Notes: generated from the sequence alone by a model not told the origin. A stretch of 64,000 nucleotides of DNA from Psammoneis japonica (GCA_008632985.1 QPGO01000057.1:310001-374000), one strand, 5' to 3'; positions 36,814 through 49,978 are shown, counted from the stretch's first letter. Translations and numbers: made by a program.

Positions 36814-37917
36814 TTAAACACTAAGATTCAGGGACAATCCGAGATTTCCAGGTCCCACTCCGTTTGTAAAGCCGTTTGGTCCAAGCATGGGAGCGTATTC
36901 GTCTGGAACGCAACTTAGCTGAATGTTGGCTCTTCCCTGTTGGTAACTACCCTGAAGGTTAAAGTTTGTGTCTGGAATACGGTAAGCCACACCAACGTTC
37001 CATGGCGAGGTTTGTCCATAAAGCTGCATTTGCAACTGTTGAATCATTTGCTGTTGTTGCTGCAAAAACTGCATGGCCGTTTGAGACTGCTGCGCACTTT
37101 TCATTTGAACGTCCATGGCCCTTTTGGATGATTCTGCGATATTGTTCATGATTTGTTGCAGATAGGATCGTTCCATGGAATAGTCCCAGTCGGATCCTTC
37201 CCTCGTCGCTTCCTGTGCATCACGAGCAAACTGTCCATCGGCAACCAACATGGCTTCATAATCGGACGAACCAGACGTGCGAGTTGCCGAACGATATCCC
37301 TGAAGCGCTTGTTCCCGAAGAAGACTAAGCTGACGCATGTAGAGTACCTGTAGAGGCGCATCAATGGCAGCTTCCAATTCTTCCAATTTGCGATCATAGG
37401 CAGCCGCCGCTGCAGCATCGTCGGTTGCCGGAGCCTGTTGAGCAAATTCCTCCAATGCCTGGTTGCAAATCGTATCCGCCTTTTGACCAAAGCCACTCAC
37501 AACAGATCCCTCGTCCACAATTGACTTTTCCAATCCCTTAATCTGTGTATATTGGTGGTATACAAAACAATGCAGTAGAGTATGAGGATGCGTAATTTGT
37601 GTTAGTCAAAATGCGAAGCATTCCATCAGTGTGACGCTCTTTTCACCACAAGCCATTCCATGCCATATACATACCGCTTCGCTCGCCTTTTCAATCACAT
37701 TCGATTTGACTCCTTCTAGTTGCATACTGTAGTCCGATCCTCCTCGAGGGATATCCATCTGAACATTGTGATTCGTACTCGAGTTGTCGTCAACAGCATC
37801 ATCATTGCCTCCACGGACGCTCAAGGGCAAATTCCAGGGGCTACGAGTAGTAGTGGCGATCGCATTAGCCACAAAGAGGCACAATAGCACACTTGTAACA
37901 CAGAAGCTTTGCGTCAT
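36814..37917 (-). CDS. Hypothetical helical protein with signal peptide, 2 exons
   Basis: In-frame intron 37674-37543; coherent ~320-aa product with LSVRGG / IPRGG after the signal peptide. Confidence 0.75.
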
Positions 37918-38029
37918 GGTCAATGCAAACAAGAAGAAGTGTGATGTTTATGTTGATGCTCTCTATGTTGTCGTTTTGTTCCTCGTGGAAGTTTTGTGAG
38001 CTGTGAGATGCGATCCAAGTCACCCGGGT

Positions 38030-38145
38030 GTGACATCACAGGTTATGTGTATAGATAGATAGTTCGCGCGAAAATTTGAATTCGCGCATGTGACGTCGCA
38101 CCCATGACATCCGCGAGTCATTGACGTCGTAAAAGCCACGTGGAT
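38030..38145. promoter_or_regulatory. Divergent promoter with TGACGT (bZIP/CRE-like) and CACGTG motifs
   Basis: tgacgtc at ~38091 and ~38122 and ccacgtgg at ~38136, between head-to-head genes. Confidence 0.35.
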
Positions 38146-38318
38146 TTTGTACTGGCCAAAGTCATTTCTCCATACGTAGATTCACGCAAAATTCAGTACC
38201 AAAAAGACGGTACTCGGCCAAAACCGCGAGAATGCGGTATGACGCGATGACAGATCGCCGCATCCCGCAACAAAAAACACTGAAACAACAACGAGAACAA
38301 CTTTAGTGAATCATCACC

Positions 38319-39928
38319 ATGCTGAGACCAGGTCGTCAAGCCAACGGCGGTCTTCCGACGAGTTATGGTGGCAATGGAAGCAGCAATAGCAACGGTGGAA
38401 GTAGCTTTGGAGTAGGATACGGCGGCGGAGCTCCGAGCAACGGATATGGAGCCTATGACGGTGGAGCTGCATCATCGACGCATCATCGAAGTCACTATGA
38501 CGAGGACAATAACAAATACAAGCGACGCAACAGTCAGACCAACATGGCATCGATGCTAATGAATAAGTTTGTTATCTGCCTCGTGATTGCCTGGTGTTGT
38601 TGTGCACCACGTTTTACTACCGAGGCAGCGGTGCTCGTGTGCTGAAGCAGTTGGGAGTCAAGTCCATTGAAGAAGCCAAGGAGCAACTCCACTCTATTCA
38701 CGGAGAACGAGATCAATGGCGTAAGGATACCAAGCGAAACATTCAAGACTCGAGAGCTATGGATGATAAGGCTCGTCGTCTCGAAGAGAGGAACAAACAA
38801 CTCGAGCGGGAATCAGAAGAGCTTCGTACCAAACTTTCAAAGGTGGGCTCTGAGGTAAAAATGTCGGACGGACAGAAAAAGACAATTGAGCACTATGCCA
38901 AGCGCGATACGGCTTGGAGACATCAGGTACACAAGCTGCAAAATGCTACTGCGAGGGAATCGAAACGTGCTGCTCTGGAACAGTAAGTAGAGTGTGGGTG
39001 GTGTGTGTCATTCTGTTGAAATGTGCTTGGAACTGACGCACATGCATTCTTATTCTTGCGAAATAGATTTGGAGCTGGTCCACACCGCGTCAAGGTGTCT
39101 CTTCATTTGCCAGACGATATAGAACCCAATCCAAAGCATTTCTTTGTCCTTGAATTGGCACCCTTGGATATCATGCCTCATGCGGTTCATTTGTTTTTGC
39201 AGCAAGTCCATCACAAGCTATGGGATCACACGTGGTTCTATCTCAACGGTCCTCACATTTTGCAGGCTGGACCTCAAGCCTATGAGGACGAAGATGATCC
39301 AGAGGACGAAGCAAAGCTCAGGGAATTTACCAAGCGACAGTTGGATACCTTGGCCTTTCCGGAATACTCGGCCAATTACCCGCATGCCAAGTGGACAATT
39401 GGCTTTACGGGACGCCCCGGTGGACCGGATTGGTACATTAACAAGTCAGACAATACCCGACCCCACGGTCCGGGTGGTCAACGCCAACATACCTTGATGG
39501 AACAGGCAGACTCGTGCTTTGCCAAGGTTGTGGAAGGATTTGACATTTTGGAACGGCTCTTTAGGTTCCCAGTCTACCATGATGACGAATACAAGAACTT
39601 TTTCGAAGAGCCCATTGAAATTCTGTCGGCGCGAATGTACTATGGAGACGAAAAGGAACACCCCTCGACCGAGAAGGAACTCAAGGAGGAAGAGAAAAAG
39701 GCAGAAGAGAAACCCAATCACCATGAACACGAAAAGAAGAAACCAGTCAAGTCGCATAGGACGGACTTTGATGACGATGATATCCTATCAGATGAAGATT
39801 GGGAAGACGAATGGGATTATCACGACGACGAATTCCATCATCACGACCACGATCATCATCATGAGGACCATCATGAGGATCATCATGACCACGATCATCA
39901 TGAGGACCATCATGAAGCCTATCATTAG
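38319..39928 (+). CDS. Membrane-anchored coiled-coil + cyclophilin-like domain protein with His/Asp-rich tail
   Basis: FVLELAP...PHAVHLF, HILQAGP, IGFTGRPGGPDWYIN and CFAKVVEG; intron 38983-39066; frameshift at ~38590. Confidence 0.75.
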
Positions 39929-40015
39929 AGAAACTAGTTGCTGCGTAACGAGTAGTATACATGCTTTTGTATTTTGTACTTGTGCCGTGAATTACAATTG
40001 TGCTGAGTAACTAGC
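39868..40015 (+). repeat. Direct repeat copy 1 (3' end of the cyclophilin-like gene)
   Basis: Near-identical to 44167-44320. Confidence 0.9.
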
Positions 40016-40630
40016 AGCGGAACAATCGCGATGTCGAGGTTCAAATATGCAGATCCACAACCGACGATTGTGGAAGGGAAAATTTGGCGAGCCACGATTT
40101 GAAATCAATCCCAAATGCTTTGCCGGCTGTTGAGTCAGCATCATCATCCCAAACTAAGAAAAGAAAGCTATGTGGATGAATTTTCGGAAGCACGTTCTGC
40201 TATTGATTTGGATTTTCCTATAACCGCTGTACTGTAGCGGCCCTTTACCAACTACGGTACAAGTACTTGCTGGGGAATACAGGAGCACCGTTTCCCTTTG
40301 ACATACATGATTTGCCCTTGATGGTATGTTGGCAATTATGAATACGGCGTACACATACAACTAGCTAGAGGGTGGCTTCTACTTTTAGCTACCATAGTCT
40401 GCTAGCTCTCCTCTGACTCGGTAAAGCTATAGCTACACAAAGTGGTGTTAGGAATGGTAGTCGAAGTAAAAACTCTACGGTAGAAAAGCGAACGATAATG
40501 ATAAATATGTTGTACTATACTTTCTGCTCGAAGCTAACTAATAACATATACCCCCTTGATGATAATCGAGACTCACTAACGTCTCGATTGCATTGTCTCC
40601 CAACTGACATTCTAAGGCTTCCAGGTACTT

Positions 40631-41691
40631 TTAAAAAGCACCGATTCGAAAGGCGAGCCTGATTTGTTTCAATGTCGTGACCCAACTTCCAAAAGCAGGT
40701 GCCGGAACCTCAACAGCACTCTCGGGTCCTTCGCGGGGTTTCAAAAATAGCCCAGAATCTTGAAGAACATTCATCACATGAGTCGATGTATCTAAAACTC
40801 TCGTCCCCCAATATTTGGCTTTCCACTCAATCGTAAAGCGACAGTCAGACAAAATTGGGTTCCAGAATAGCGACACCTCTTCATATAGCAGGTTCGTCCG
40901 AGTCTTTGCAGCATCCACAACTCTCTTCCCCCAATGTCCAACACTCGATTTGATCTCAGAGAGATGGTTGGACAAGAATGGGTTCCGAAAAGGCAAAAAA
41001 TTATCGCGTTCCTGCAGAACGCGAGCCTGAGTCTGGATTTGCGCGATGAAGTCGTTCGAAAATACGTCTACAAGTTTCCACCAAAGCTGAAACGCTTCCG
41101 TCTTGATACCCGAAAAGCTGTCGTACGTGTCCGACAAGAAGGCCGACTGGATCTCCAAAAATATCGTGAACGTGTCTTGGAACGGGACTGCCTTGGTCTG
41201 AATCGTGCTGTCTGGAGTAGTGTTGAGAAAAAGTTGCTGGAGGCTGCCGTTGGAGACACCATTGTTGTCCGGTACAAAATAGTCATAGACACAGTACTCG
41301 TTGGTATCTTCTTCTGGTACAGTCGTGGGCGTGGTATTGCGTAGGAGGTCTTGGACGCGGCTCGGAGACTTGTCGCGTCGTCAAAATAAACGCAGAAGCT
41401 GGAAGTGATGATGGCGTTTTCGAAGGGAACAGTGCTGGGAGCAGCGTTGCTGATGATGTCATGGTAGTAGCTGGGGGTAGTATCGATATCTGAAGAAATG
41501 GATTTGTCGAAAAGCTTGCGTAGGAGCTCTTGTTTGATCGTGGCGATACTGTCGGTCGCCGTGGTTGCCTTGATCGACGAGGCGCTAACACAGCGCTTTG
41601 CCGTATCAACAAAGGAGGCAGAGAGAGGGCTAACGATGGCACCAGCGCTCATGGCGGTAATGATGGCAAGGATGAAGTTCATGATTTTCAT
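40631..41691 (-). CDS. Hypothetical protein with signal-peptide-like N-terminus
   Basis: Two long overlapping ORFs joined by a one-base shift at ~41330; no recognisable domain. Confidence 0.5.
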
Positions 41692-41944
41692 GGTGGACCG
41701 TGAACTGACGAGCAATTCAGAAATTGTGAGAGCCTTCGAACGAGAAGAGATTCTGTCTGCAATTGAGGCAACTTGGTACAAACCACGTAGAAATCTACGT
41801 GTCATCAGCCGTTATCGCGTTGAGTTGATGTTCGCAGAAAGTTTCGCGATAGTTATTTTGGCGCAGTTGTCGTACCTATCGATCTTAGTCTATCGTGCTT
41901 TTAACATTTTCCGTCTCAAACGTAAACATCTGTGCTTCACTTTA

Positions 41945-44166
41945 TTTTCACTCCATTCCTGTTGCAGATGGCCAACCTTGACCTGCTGAAGATCATCTGG
42001 GTGGAAGAAAAAGTGGATGGGTCTCTCTTGTCTTCCTGCCTGAACACCGCTGCTGCTGGCGATCAGCAACTTTGGCTCAAATCACATCAAAGCTTGGGCT
42101 TGTTGGGTTCGCACCAAGCCAACGACTCCAGCAAGTGGTCAAAGCAACAGCTGGAGCTCTGCAAAGAACTCTTGCAACTTGCTCTGATCATCAGCTGCAC
42201 CTTCAATCTCAAGTGGGTCTTGCCCCCCAAAGCAAGCAGTGCTTGCCCACAACAAACTGTCGCCAGCATGGCGCTGAGCACGCACAGCAATCAAGATGGG
42301 AGAAGCATCTGGACCTTTGTGAGCTCAATGCAGACAAATGTCCTCATGTTGTGGAGGCTTGGGTTCCTCAACTGGCTGGATGAACAGAGCACTTGTGCCC
42401 AATGAATCATCAAGGGCTGTGTCCCTTGTTGTCTTGCTGGACACAAGACAGCATGCCAAGCTCAAGAGATGGGCTGGCATTGCACAACACAAAACAGCTG
42501 CACATCACCCACCTGAATGAGGCACTGGATGAAAAAAAATGTGGACTTTCCCATGGCACACCTTGCTGAATTGAGGCAATGGAAGAAGCAACCTCTCGCC
42601 TGTGAGCTCTGTTGCTTTTGGGTCAGGGCAATTGGGCTGGGTTTGTTGTTGCAGCAGAGGGTGCTTCAAAGCTGAAGAGAGAGGCTGTGCACGATTGGCA
42701 AAAACCTTTTGCCAGAGAGACTGCATCTCAGTGCCTTTGTTGCAACACAAGAACATTTGAAGGGTGCAGCATTCATTGGTTTTTGCGCTTTCCTGAAAAA
42801 GAGCAGTGACCGAACAGATGTCAAAATTTTTGGGGGGAGAAACTGCGAGACTGAGAAATGACAAACACAAAAGATGCATCTCTCCACACACAGGCACATG
42901 AAAAAGACACCCAACTGTGAGAAACTCAGCCTGGTCTCCTCACTCAAGTCAAATCTGAAAGAGTTTGAATGTCTCCACACAACCATTTGGATCAAAATGT
43001 CCCTCATTCTTGTGTCAAAAAATTTCTCATGCATCAAAATGCTGCAACCTCCCACTTTGATGGCACCAGCCTCTTTTGGATGGTTGTCTCCATTGTGTGT
43101 CTGGACTTTTTTGGGAGACACAGCAAGAAGAAGGCTTGTTGCACCCCTGTGCATCAGACATGGGGGCAATTTGACTGGGGCTCGCTGGAATCATGTGGCA
43201 TGGACAACACCTGAAGAATTTTCCATGCAGGTTCAACCTGCACTGGCATTTGGGCCCTGGCACATTTAAATTGGGTCAGCTGCACTCCACACTGGCCTGC
43301 CAAAATGTCCATGCAGCCATGCCTTTCTTTCCCTCACTGCACACCACACAAACAATTTGGGCGTGCTCCCATTTTCACAGCCAGCTTTTGTTTCATTCTT
43401 TCAATGTGAGATTTTGATTCTTGGCTCCCCTCTCGTTTGTCCAGCGGCTCACTTCATTGTTCACTCATGGACAATCATCACCCACTCATCAACCCAGAAT
43501 TGTTTGGAGACCACATTCCATTGCACTCCTCTGCACCCTTGCTTGTCCTCCTCTTGTGCATCTCCTTTGCACCTCTTGAGGCCTTGTTTGTGCCAACCTT
43601 GGTTCTTTTTTGCCTTCTGTCCTTTCCCAATGCTGCTCTTTTTTGTGGAAATGAGTCTCTGTTCCTTCAGCTCTTCCTTGGATTTCCTGCACATTTGCAC
43701 CCACTTGCCCCAGCTGTTCTCCAATGCCAACAGACCAAATGCCAACTTGTTTGAGCAACATGTCGATTGGAGCCAATGATTCCACAGCTTCTTTCTGACA
43801 ATGACGGGCAGGAAGTGGCAGTTGCAGCAGTTGTGCACCTCTGTGTTGTCATCCCTTCCATCCAGCATGTCCTCCAAAGATGGCGTGTTTTCCTTGTTGC
43901 AACCCAGCCTGTGCCTGTTTGTCTGCGATGCAAAACAAATCAACACGGGTGAGTGTTTGTTGTCAGAGCTCTGTTCATTTTTGTCCTTGCAGTGGTGCTC
44001 ACACAAGAACTCATCCTTGTGTTCTCCATGGGTGTTGTTTCTCTTTCTTGTCACTTGTCTTTTTGCCAGGTGCAATTCTGCGCAAGCGCCAGCAGGATTG
44101 TCCCGTGTGAGAGTGTGGTGGCACGCCAACACCTCCTCGGGCACTTTGGGACGTCAGGCAGTTGCG
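41945..44166. mobile_element. Block E: degenerate TpA/CpG-depleted DNA
   Basis: A single TA (tttaaa, 43267) in about 2.3 kb. Confidence 0.75.
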
Positions 44167-44320
44167 CCATCATGAGGATCATCATGACCACGATCATCAT
44201 CATGAGGACCATCATGAAGCCTATCATTAGAGAATACAGTTGCTGCGTAACGAGTAGTATACATGCTTTTGTATTTTGTGGTTGTGCTGTGAATGGTAAT
44301 TGAACTGAGAAACGAGATGC
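44167..44320 (+). repeat. Direct repeat copy 2
   Basis: ccatcatgaggatcatcatgaccacg...gcctatcattagagaa...gttgctgcgtaacgagtagtatacatgcttttgtattttgt matches 39868 onward. Confidence 0.9.
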
Positions 44321-44579
44321 AGACAACGGCACGGTTGCTGTCGACCCTCGCATAAGGTCGGTACTTTCGACAATGAGCGCAAAACCAAAACAGTGAGCAA
44401 AGGCTGGTGCCTTGTGTTTTGATGACTTCGCTCTAGAGTACTGTATGTACATGTAAGTGATGCCACAATTCGCACAAGACCAGAAGAATGAAGTTTAAAA
44501 GGCACAGCATTCAAAATAGCTAGCGAGATGAAGGCATTTTCAAATTACTCCGAGCAAACAAAATGCAACATGACTTGCT

Positions 44580-45333
44580 CTACGGTAGGGCCCTAGAGCG
44601 CAAGCTCCCAAGCTCAAACCGATTTTTACAATGCCCTCTATTTTCTTGGACGACCTGCTTGTGCGCCTTGCGTCCAGCTCGCGCACCCATAACAATCAAG
44701 CTGGGTTTCTTTTTCGTCTGAATAGCTTCTTTGTATGACAGCTTCAATATAATATCTGAAATTTCTTGCTCCGATTGACTCTTGTCAGGAAATATCAATT
44801 TCCCCTTGTGCAGAATCTGAATACGGGTGGCAGAAAGGTTCACAGGTGCTGAGAAACACAAAAAGTAAAATATTGGAGGCATAAGCCTATACAACATTCT
44901 GTACCTTGAGATCATCATCGAGATCCTTGCCGAGCACACGAGCGACTCTTGCTTGGGCAGTTTCCCCTTCCGGAACCGCGAGCCAATAATTCTGAGATCC
45001 ATACGCAAATGCTACAACTCCACCAGCTGCGATCTCCTTTTTCTCACCCAATAAGACCTCAAAAGAGGAATTATCACAAATGGAAACAACGAATTCGGTT
45101 TTGCAGGAAGGACACTTTGCTCCCGGTTCCTGCAAGGATGCAACGAGCGGTACAAGGGAGCACGCATGACCGCATCCACGAGACGATGGAACGATCGTAC
45201 TATTAACCCTGGCCACGTCCAAATCCGAGTCAGGAAGAGCTTGTCCCGTCAGAGGACACGTTTCTTTACGCTTTGATAGCGCATTATTTGTATCAACTCC
45301 GTCTTGGCTTTTATCGTCGTCGCGAATCGTCAT
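44580..45333 (-). CDS. Small protein with RING-like Cys motif and ubiquitin-like domain
   Basis: CPLTG...CGHAC...CPSC; LK|ILHKGKLI...LIVMG; intron 44904-44817. Confidence 0.6.
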
Positions 45334-45752
45334 GGTGCACTTGTTGTTATTGATGATGGGAAGCAACAAACGCCGCAGCTCCGGTGGCAGGAAAAACACT
45401 TCAGCGCGTAAAGGAGCTAATAAGAAAAGAGGTAAAGGACATAATGGAGAAGCAAAAAGCCTCATCGAACAAACAAACGATGATTGATGATTCTTGGATT
45501 TTTTTTTTTTGGCCAGATCCGGGACTGTCAGTCCGTCAGTCCCGATTCAGTCGTGGTCGCGGATCACATGCTGAAAGCGCTCGGCGCGCGCGCGCGAAAC
45601 TGGATGTACAGTAGAGCGATCGCCTAATCTCAATACGCTCCTCTCGCAACCCGCACTGAGCACCACATCAACATAATCAACAAGAAGTGTTGTGAAGTGT
45701 GAGGCAAAGAGAGGAAGAAGTAACAGTGAAACAACGCCATTCTTATTACAGC

Positions 45753-47231
45753 ATGAGCTCACTCCTTGCTGGCCCCAATCGTCTAACGGAATGGATCGAG
45801 AACTCTACCTTTGACGCCATTATCAAAGGACCAGAATCGGTTGAATACCGCCCAAAGCTCGTTCAAGTGCTTTCGCGAGGGGGGCGCGGTTGGTCCGCCA
45901 GCAACACAGCCGCTGACTCTTGCTGTCCTCCATATTTAATTATACATGACGGACGGATATCTGCAGCTGCTTTTTTGTCCCATAAGGCCCAACAAGAGCT
46001 CGGTATGCATGAGAATCGTGCTGCAAACAAAGCTACAAAGGGATGTATCGTTCGTATTTCTGGATGGACAATCTCAACAGTGAAGGCGTGTGCTGAAACG
46101 GAAGACCATTTTTTGCGTTTGACCCAGCCACCACCCAACACTACTCGATTCTCTTGTCTAAATCGGTTGATATCGACGCCACTTTGTCTTGTGGTTGAAG
46201 GCGTGGAGACTTTGGGAGGACAAGGGATGGGGATAGTTGGCAACGCTGTAGACGTCAATGAATCAGTTCAGGTCAGGCGAGCCTTGCAGTCCATTCAACA
46301 TGACTACAACACTCTTTGCCAGAGATTAAAGCTCCAGGATACTGTAGAAAATATACCCGTGGGGGATGTGACGAAACTAGGTACATCGGACTTTGATCTC
46401 GTGCTTCAGCAAATTGACGATCCGCAAAAAGAACAAGAAGCCGTGCCTGTTGGAAACGTTCAACAACTTTTCAATGCATCAAACCGGAATGATTCAGTAC
46501 AAGACAATCCATTGGATGAATTATTCTGTCTGGCGGAACAGCAATCTGCGACGCATGGCCAAGCATCGGTTGCCCGTACAGCCGACTCTCATCAAACGCA
46601 AGATGGAAATATCGGCAGCGTTTCTCTGTTACTTGAGCACGATCACCAAGCTGTTGGGAACAAATTCGATGCCATTCTAGCATTGGCAGAACAGCAACGA
46701 AAAGCAGAAGCATCTGCAAATAATGAGACGCGGCAGCCGGACTTGGAAGAAAACACCCACGACGAGACGCGTGATGACGGGGATTCGAGTACATCAAAAG
46801 GCTTCCTTGGACGACTGAGTGATATATTTGCGACTGCCGCTAGAAAAATGTCGCCGTCGCAGATAAAAAGAACCGAGGCTACACAAGAGCGCAATACCAC
46901 AGAGACAATGGAGATGAGCGACCAAGAGTCTGAAAGTGAAGAAATTGTGGAAATAAGTGAAATGCTTGCTTCGCAACCAGATCAAAGTCAGCAAGACGAA
47001 AACGACGCGCCAATGGAAGCTGAGAAAGAAAAAGTTGTAGAAAAGAAATTAAGCAGGTGGGTGGTAGATGACGGGAGGCCATTAAAAAAGCACAAAGCAA
47101 GCAGTGAATTCTTTGCAGAGCTCAGGAGACTTGGACGAGAAGAAGGCGACATGACCTTTTCTCCTGGTACCGTCACCGACACAATTGCAGGGGATATTCG
47201 CAGCTGGCTGGATTGCCATGTAAAGGCATGA
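45753..47231 (+). CDS. Hypothetical protein, N-terminal OB-fold-like (TPP1/Est3-like) + acidic disordered tail
   Basis: Intact ORF of ~490 aa; LTEWIE...LVQVL...LIIHDG...AAFLS...KGCIVRI pattern. Confidence 0.65.
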   Translation: MSSLLAGPNRLTEWIENSTFDAIIKGPESVEYRPKLVQVLSRGGRGWSASNTAADSCCPPYLIIHDGRISAAAFLSHKAQQELGMHENRAANKATKGCIVRISGWTISTVKACAETEDHFLRLTQPPPNTTRFSCLNRLISTPLCLVVEGVETLGGQGMGIVGNAVDVNESVQVRRALQSIQHDYNTLCQRLKLQDTVENIPVGDVTKLGTSDFDLVLQQIDDPQKEQEAVPVGNVQQLFNASNRNDSVQDNPLDELFCLAEQQSATHGQASVARTADSHQTQDGNIGSVSLLLEHDHQAVGNKFDAILALAEQQRKAEASANNETRQPDLEENTHDETRDDGDSSTSKGFLGRLSDIFATAARKMSPSQIKRTEATQERNTTETMEMSDQESESEEIVEISEMLASQPDQSQQDENDAPMEAEKEKVVEKKLSRWVVDDGRPLKKHKASSEFFAELRRLGREEGDMTFSPGTVTDTIAGDIRSWLDCHVKA

Positions 47232-47640
47232 GCATAAAATATGGGATAGAGCGTAATTGTAGCGACTCTTCGTTGATTTCAGTAGTCTTGAACCAACTAC
47301 ATCTATGAAAAAGGCCAAGACGCGCGTATACTCATGCTGAGCAAATTCCTCTACCGTCGGTTGCTTACAGGGGTCTTAATCGAAAATACGGGCGATAGAA
47401 TGAGAATCTAGAGAGTAGTGGCTACGCATTCTGCCACCATCTCTCATCGATCTACGGTACCGCGGGAATCTCTATGACGCCCGACGAAGATCAGTGCCAA
47501 ATCAATTCCGAGGATGCGGCGAGAGCAGCTGACATTTCATAAATCAAGTAAGTTACAAGTTTATCCGCACCTTTATTCATTGTCTTGTACCAACAGAAAC
47601 TACTAGACAATTCATCAAAAGGTACGGTAGACGAAGACTC

Positions 47641-49978
47641 TCATTCTTCCTTTTTGTCCAGGTCGACTAGTTCATCAATGGCAGCGAATTGCCGCGTCCA
47701 CCTTGGATACAAAAACTGACGCAAGTCAAATCGATTGTCATCGGGGGAGTAGGCCTCAGCATGGTACGCCGGTGTAATGGTGCACATTTTATGGCGGTTT
47801 ATGGAGTAATAAAAGAAGAACCGCTTAACCTTGTCAGCCACCTCTTTTGCTGACAAATGGCTCCAAGTGACGCGCAACTTTCGAAACCTAAGGCAAAAAC
47901 GAGCATATTCGTAAAAGTGAGAACGCAGCATACTACGTTTTAACTCAGGTCACAATGGCAATGGAGCTGATACGTACATGCTGACGGGCCCACAGCGCGA
48001 TATCTTTCTTAGCCTGCCATAATAGCCTAATTCCTCATAGGACATTCCCATTTCTTCTTCGTCCAACTGCGAATGCTCGGCACTTTCATCTCCTTCATCT
48101 GCAATGGGTCGCAACTCTGCCGTTGGCGGTGCTCCGGCAACTTCTGCCAAGACACCATAACCGCTGTACTCTTTCGCGGCCCACAAGAGCATATTCTTCA
48201 AATCCATTTTTGAGATTGCCCCGATGGGATTCAAGTCCGCCGAAGAGCAGTCATACTTGGTCATGTATCCGCGGAGTCCTTCGTCAACATTGGCGCTGCC
48301 CAACACCAATAAGAATCCAGAAGAGCCGCGGACCCATGGCAACAACTGAGCAAAGAGATAAGCTGTTACCATTCGAAGTCTTGCTTGAATATTTTGAAGT
48401 GCCAAGTCCTCAGACATGGTTCCTCCTTGGGATGTAAAGCGAGGCGTCTTGCCAGTAACGAGACAGAATACTTTTAGGACAGCTTGCACCATAAGGTCCA
48501 TGGTGATGGCGAGATGGTAACATCCAATGGCGTCTGCGAGACGCTCCGCACGAGATTTTGTCACGTTGGAAGAGTTCTCGGTCCCCATGTACATTGTATG
48601 CAATACTTGATTTGCTACATCTTGAGAACAAGTAGGAATCCAGTCAGTATCTTTGTGGCAGACGCGACGGCAGTCTTCGGCAACCTTTGGATCTGTCAAG
48701 GCGGCTTCGGCAACCATGTGGCACATGGCACCGACAATGGCAGCTACAGATGACGAATCGGCTCCTCCTGCGGCAAAACCCATGGAAAGGCGAAGACGCA
48801 TAGCAAGTCAGTTTTACAACGAACAAGAAAAGCGCTCAAAGAAGCCTCAGAATTTGTTGTAACGCACCACTCAGAGGCAACAGGAAACCGGAAGCTCCAG
48901 AGCGACGAAGATAATCCCATAGCCAGCACGCAGGTCCCAAGCAACACTCTTCTTCAGGAGAGTGAAACCGCAGAGCCGGTTGAGGCACCGTAGGAGAAAT
49001 TGTCTTGTCATCGCTCATGGCGCAAATGTCATGACAGGGAATACTACGGCGTCGTTTTGAAGATGCCTGTTGCGAGGACGCAGCTTGAATACCAAACGAG
49101 GGAATGGACGCACGGTACGACCTCACGTCATCCAGATCAACCGTGGCAACAATGGTTTGAACGTCTCGTACATCAAACTGTTGCGCTTGGGCTAGAATTT
49201 GCCCATTGCATACAATCATGGCACATCCATCATAGTACAATCTTCCGCCGTCGCATCCACGTTGGTTGCTATAAAGGTAAATGCCACCGCATTTGCGAGT
49301 AGCACTTACCATGAGTTCAAGACGCGTATGTAACTTTCGTAATTCGTGATGAGATCCCGAGCCATTTCCAATAATCTCGACACCCTGTAACGCAGCGTCA
49401 ATGTGAGAGCTATGCGGAGTCCATAATTCCTCGCACGATTCGCATCCCACCGTGACGCCATCGCCCAATTGCAAAAAGTGAAAGCCAAAGGGTGCCTCTG
49501 TCTGTCCAAACTTTTGCTGAAAGGTGCGGGGTAGCAACAGCATAGTTGCTTCTTGAGCTTCCTGCGGTTGATAAGCCGTAAAGTACCGTGATTCTCGGTA
49601 ATTCCCGTTGTCAGCCATGGCGAGTTTCGGTCGAATCAAAAGAATCTTTTTGTTGAAGCATAAGATACGGCAGTTGTATCTTACACCGGCATACAAGACG
49701 GGCATTCCAAAGTCACAGAGCAACCCATCTGTCGCACCCTTTTCCAGCAACTCGATAAGACACGACCAGCAGTGATCAAAGGTGTCTACCTCGAGAAAGT
49801 GATCTTCGCAGCCATACCCGCACACTTCCAATTCAGGTCCGAGTCGATACGATGCGCCCTGCTCCTTTGCTTGTTGACAGCTCTCCAAGATTCGTTGTAC
49901 GTTTCCGTCAAAGTCTAAGGCCCATTGATTCAAGTTGCACGCTGCAACCGTGACTAGTGAACCAGACCCTGCCGTCAT
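47641..49978 (-). CDS. NADSYN1: Glutamine-dependent NAD+ synthetase, 3 exons
   Basis: [43 protein letters not shown] and [19 protein letters not shown]. Confidence 0.97.
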
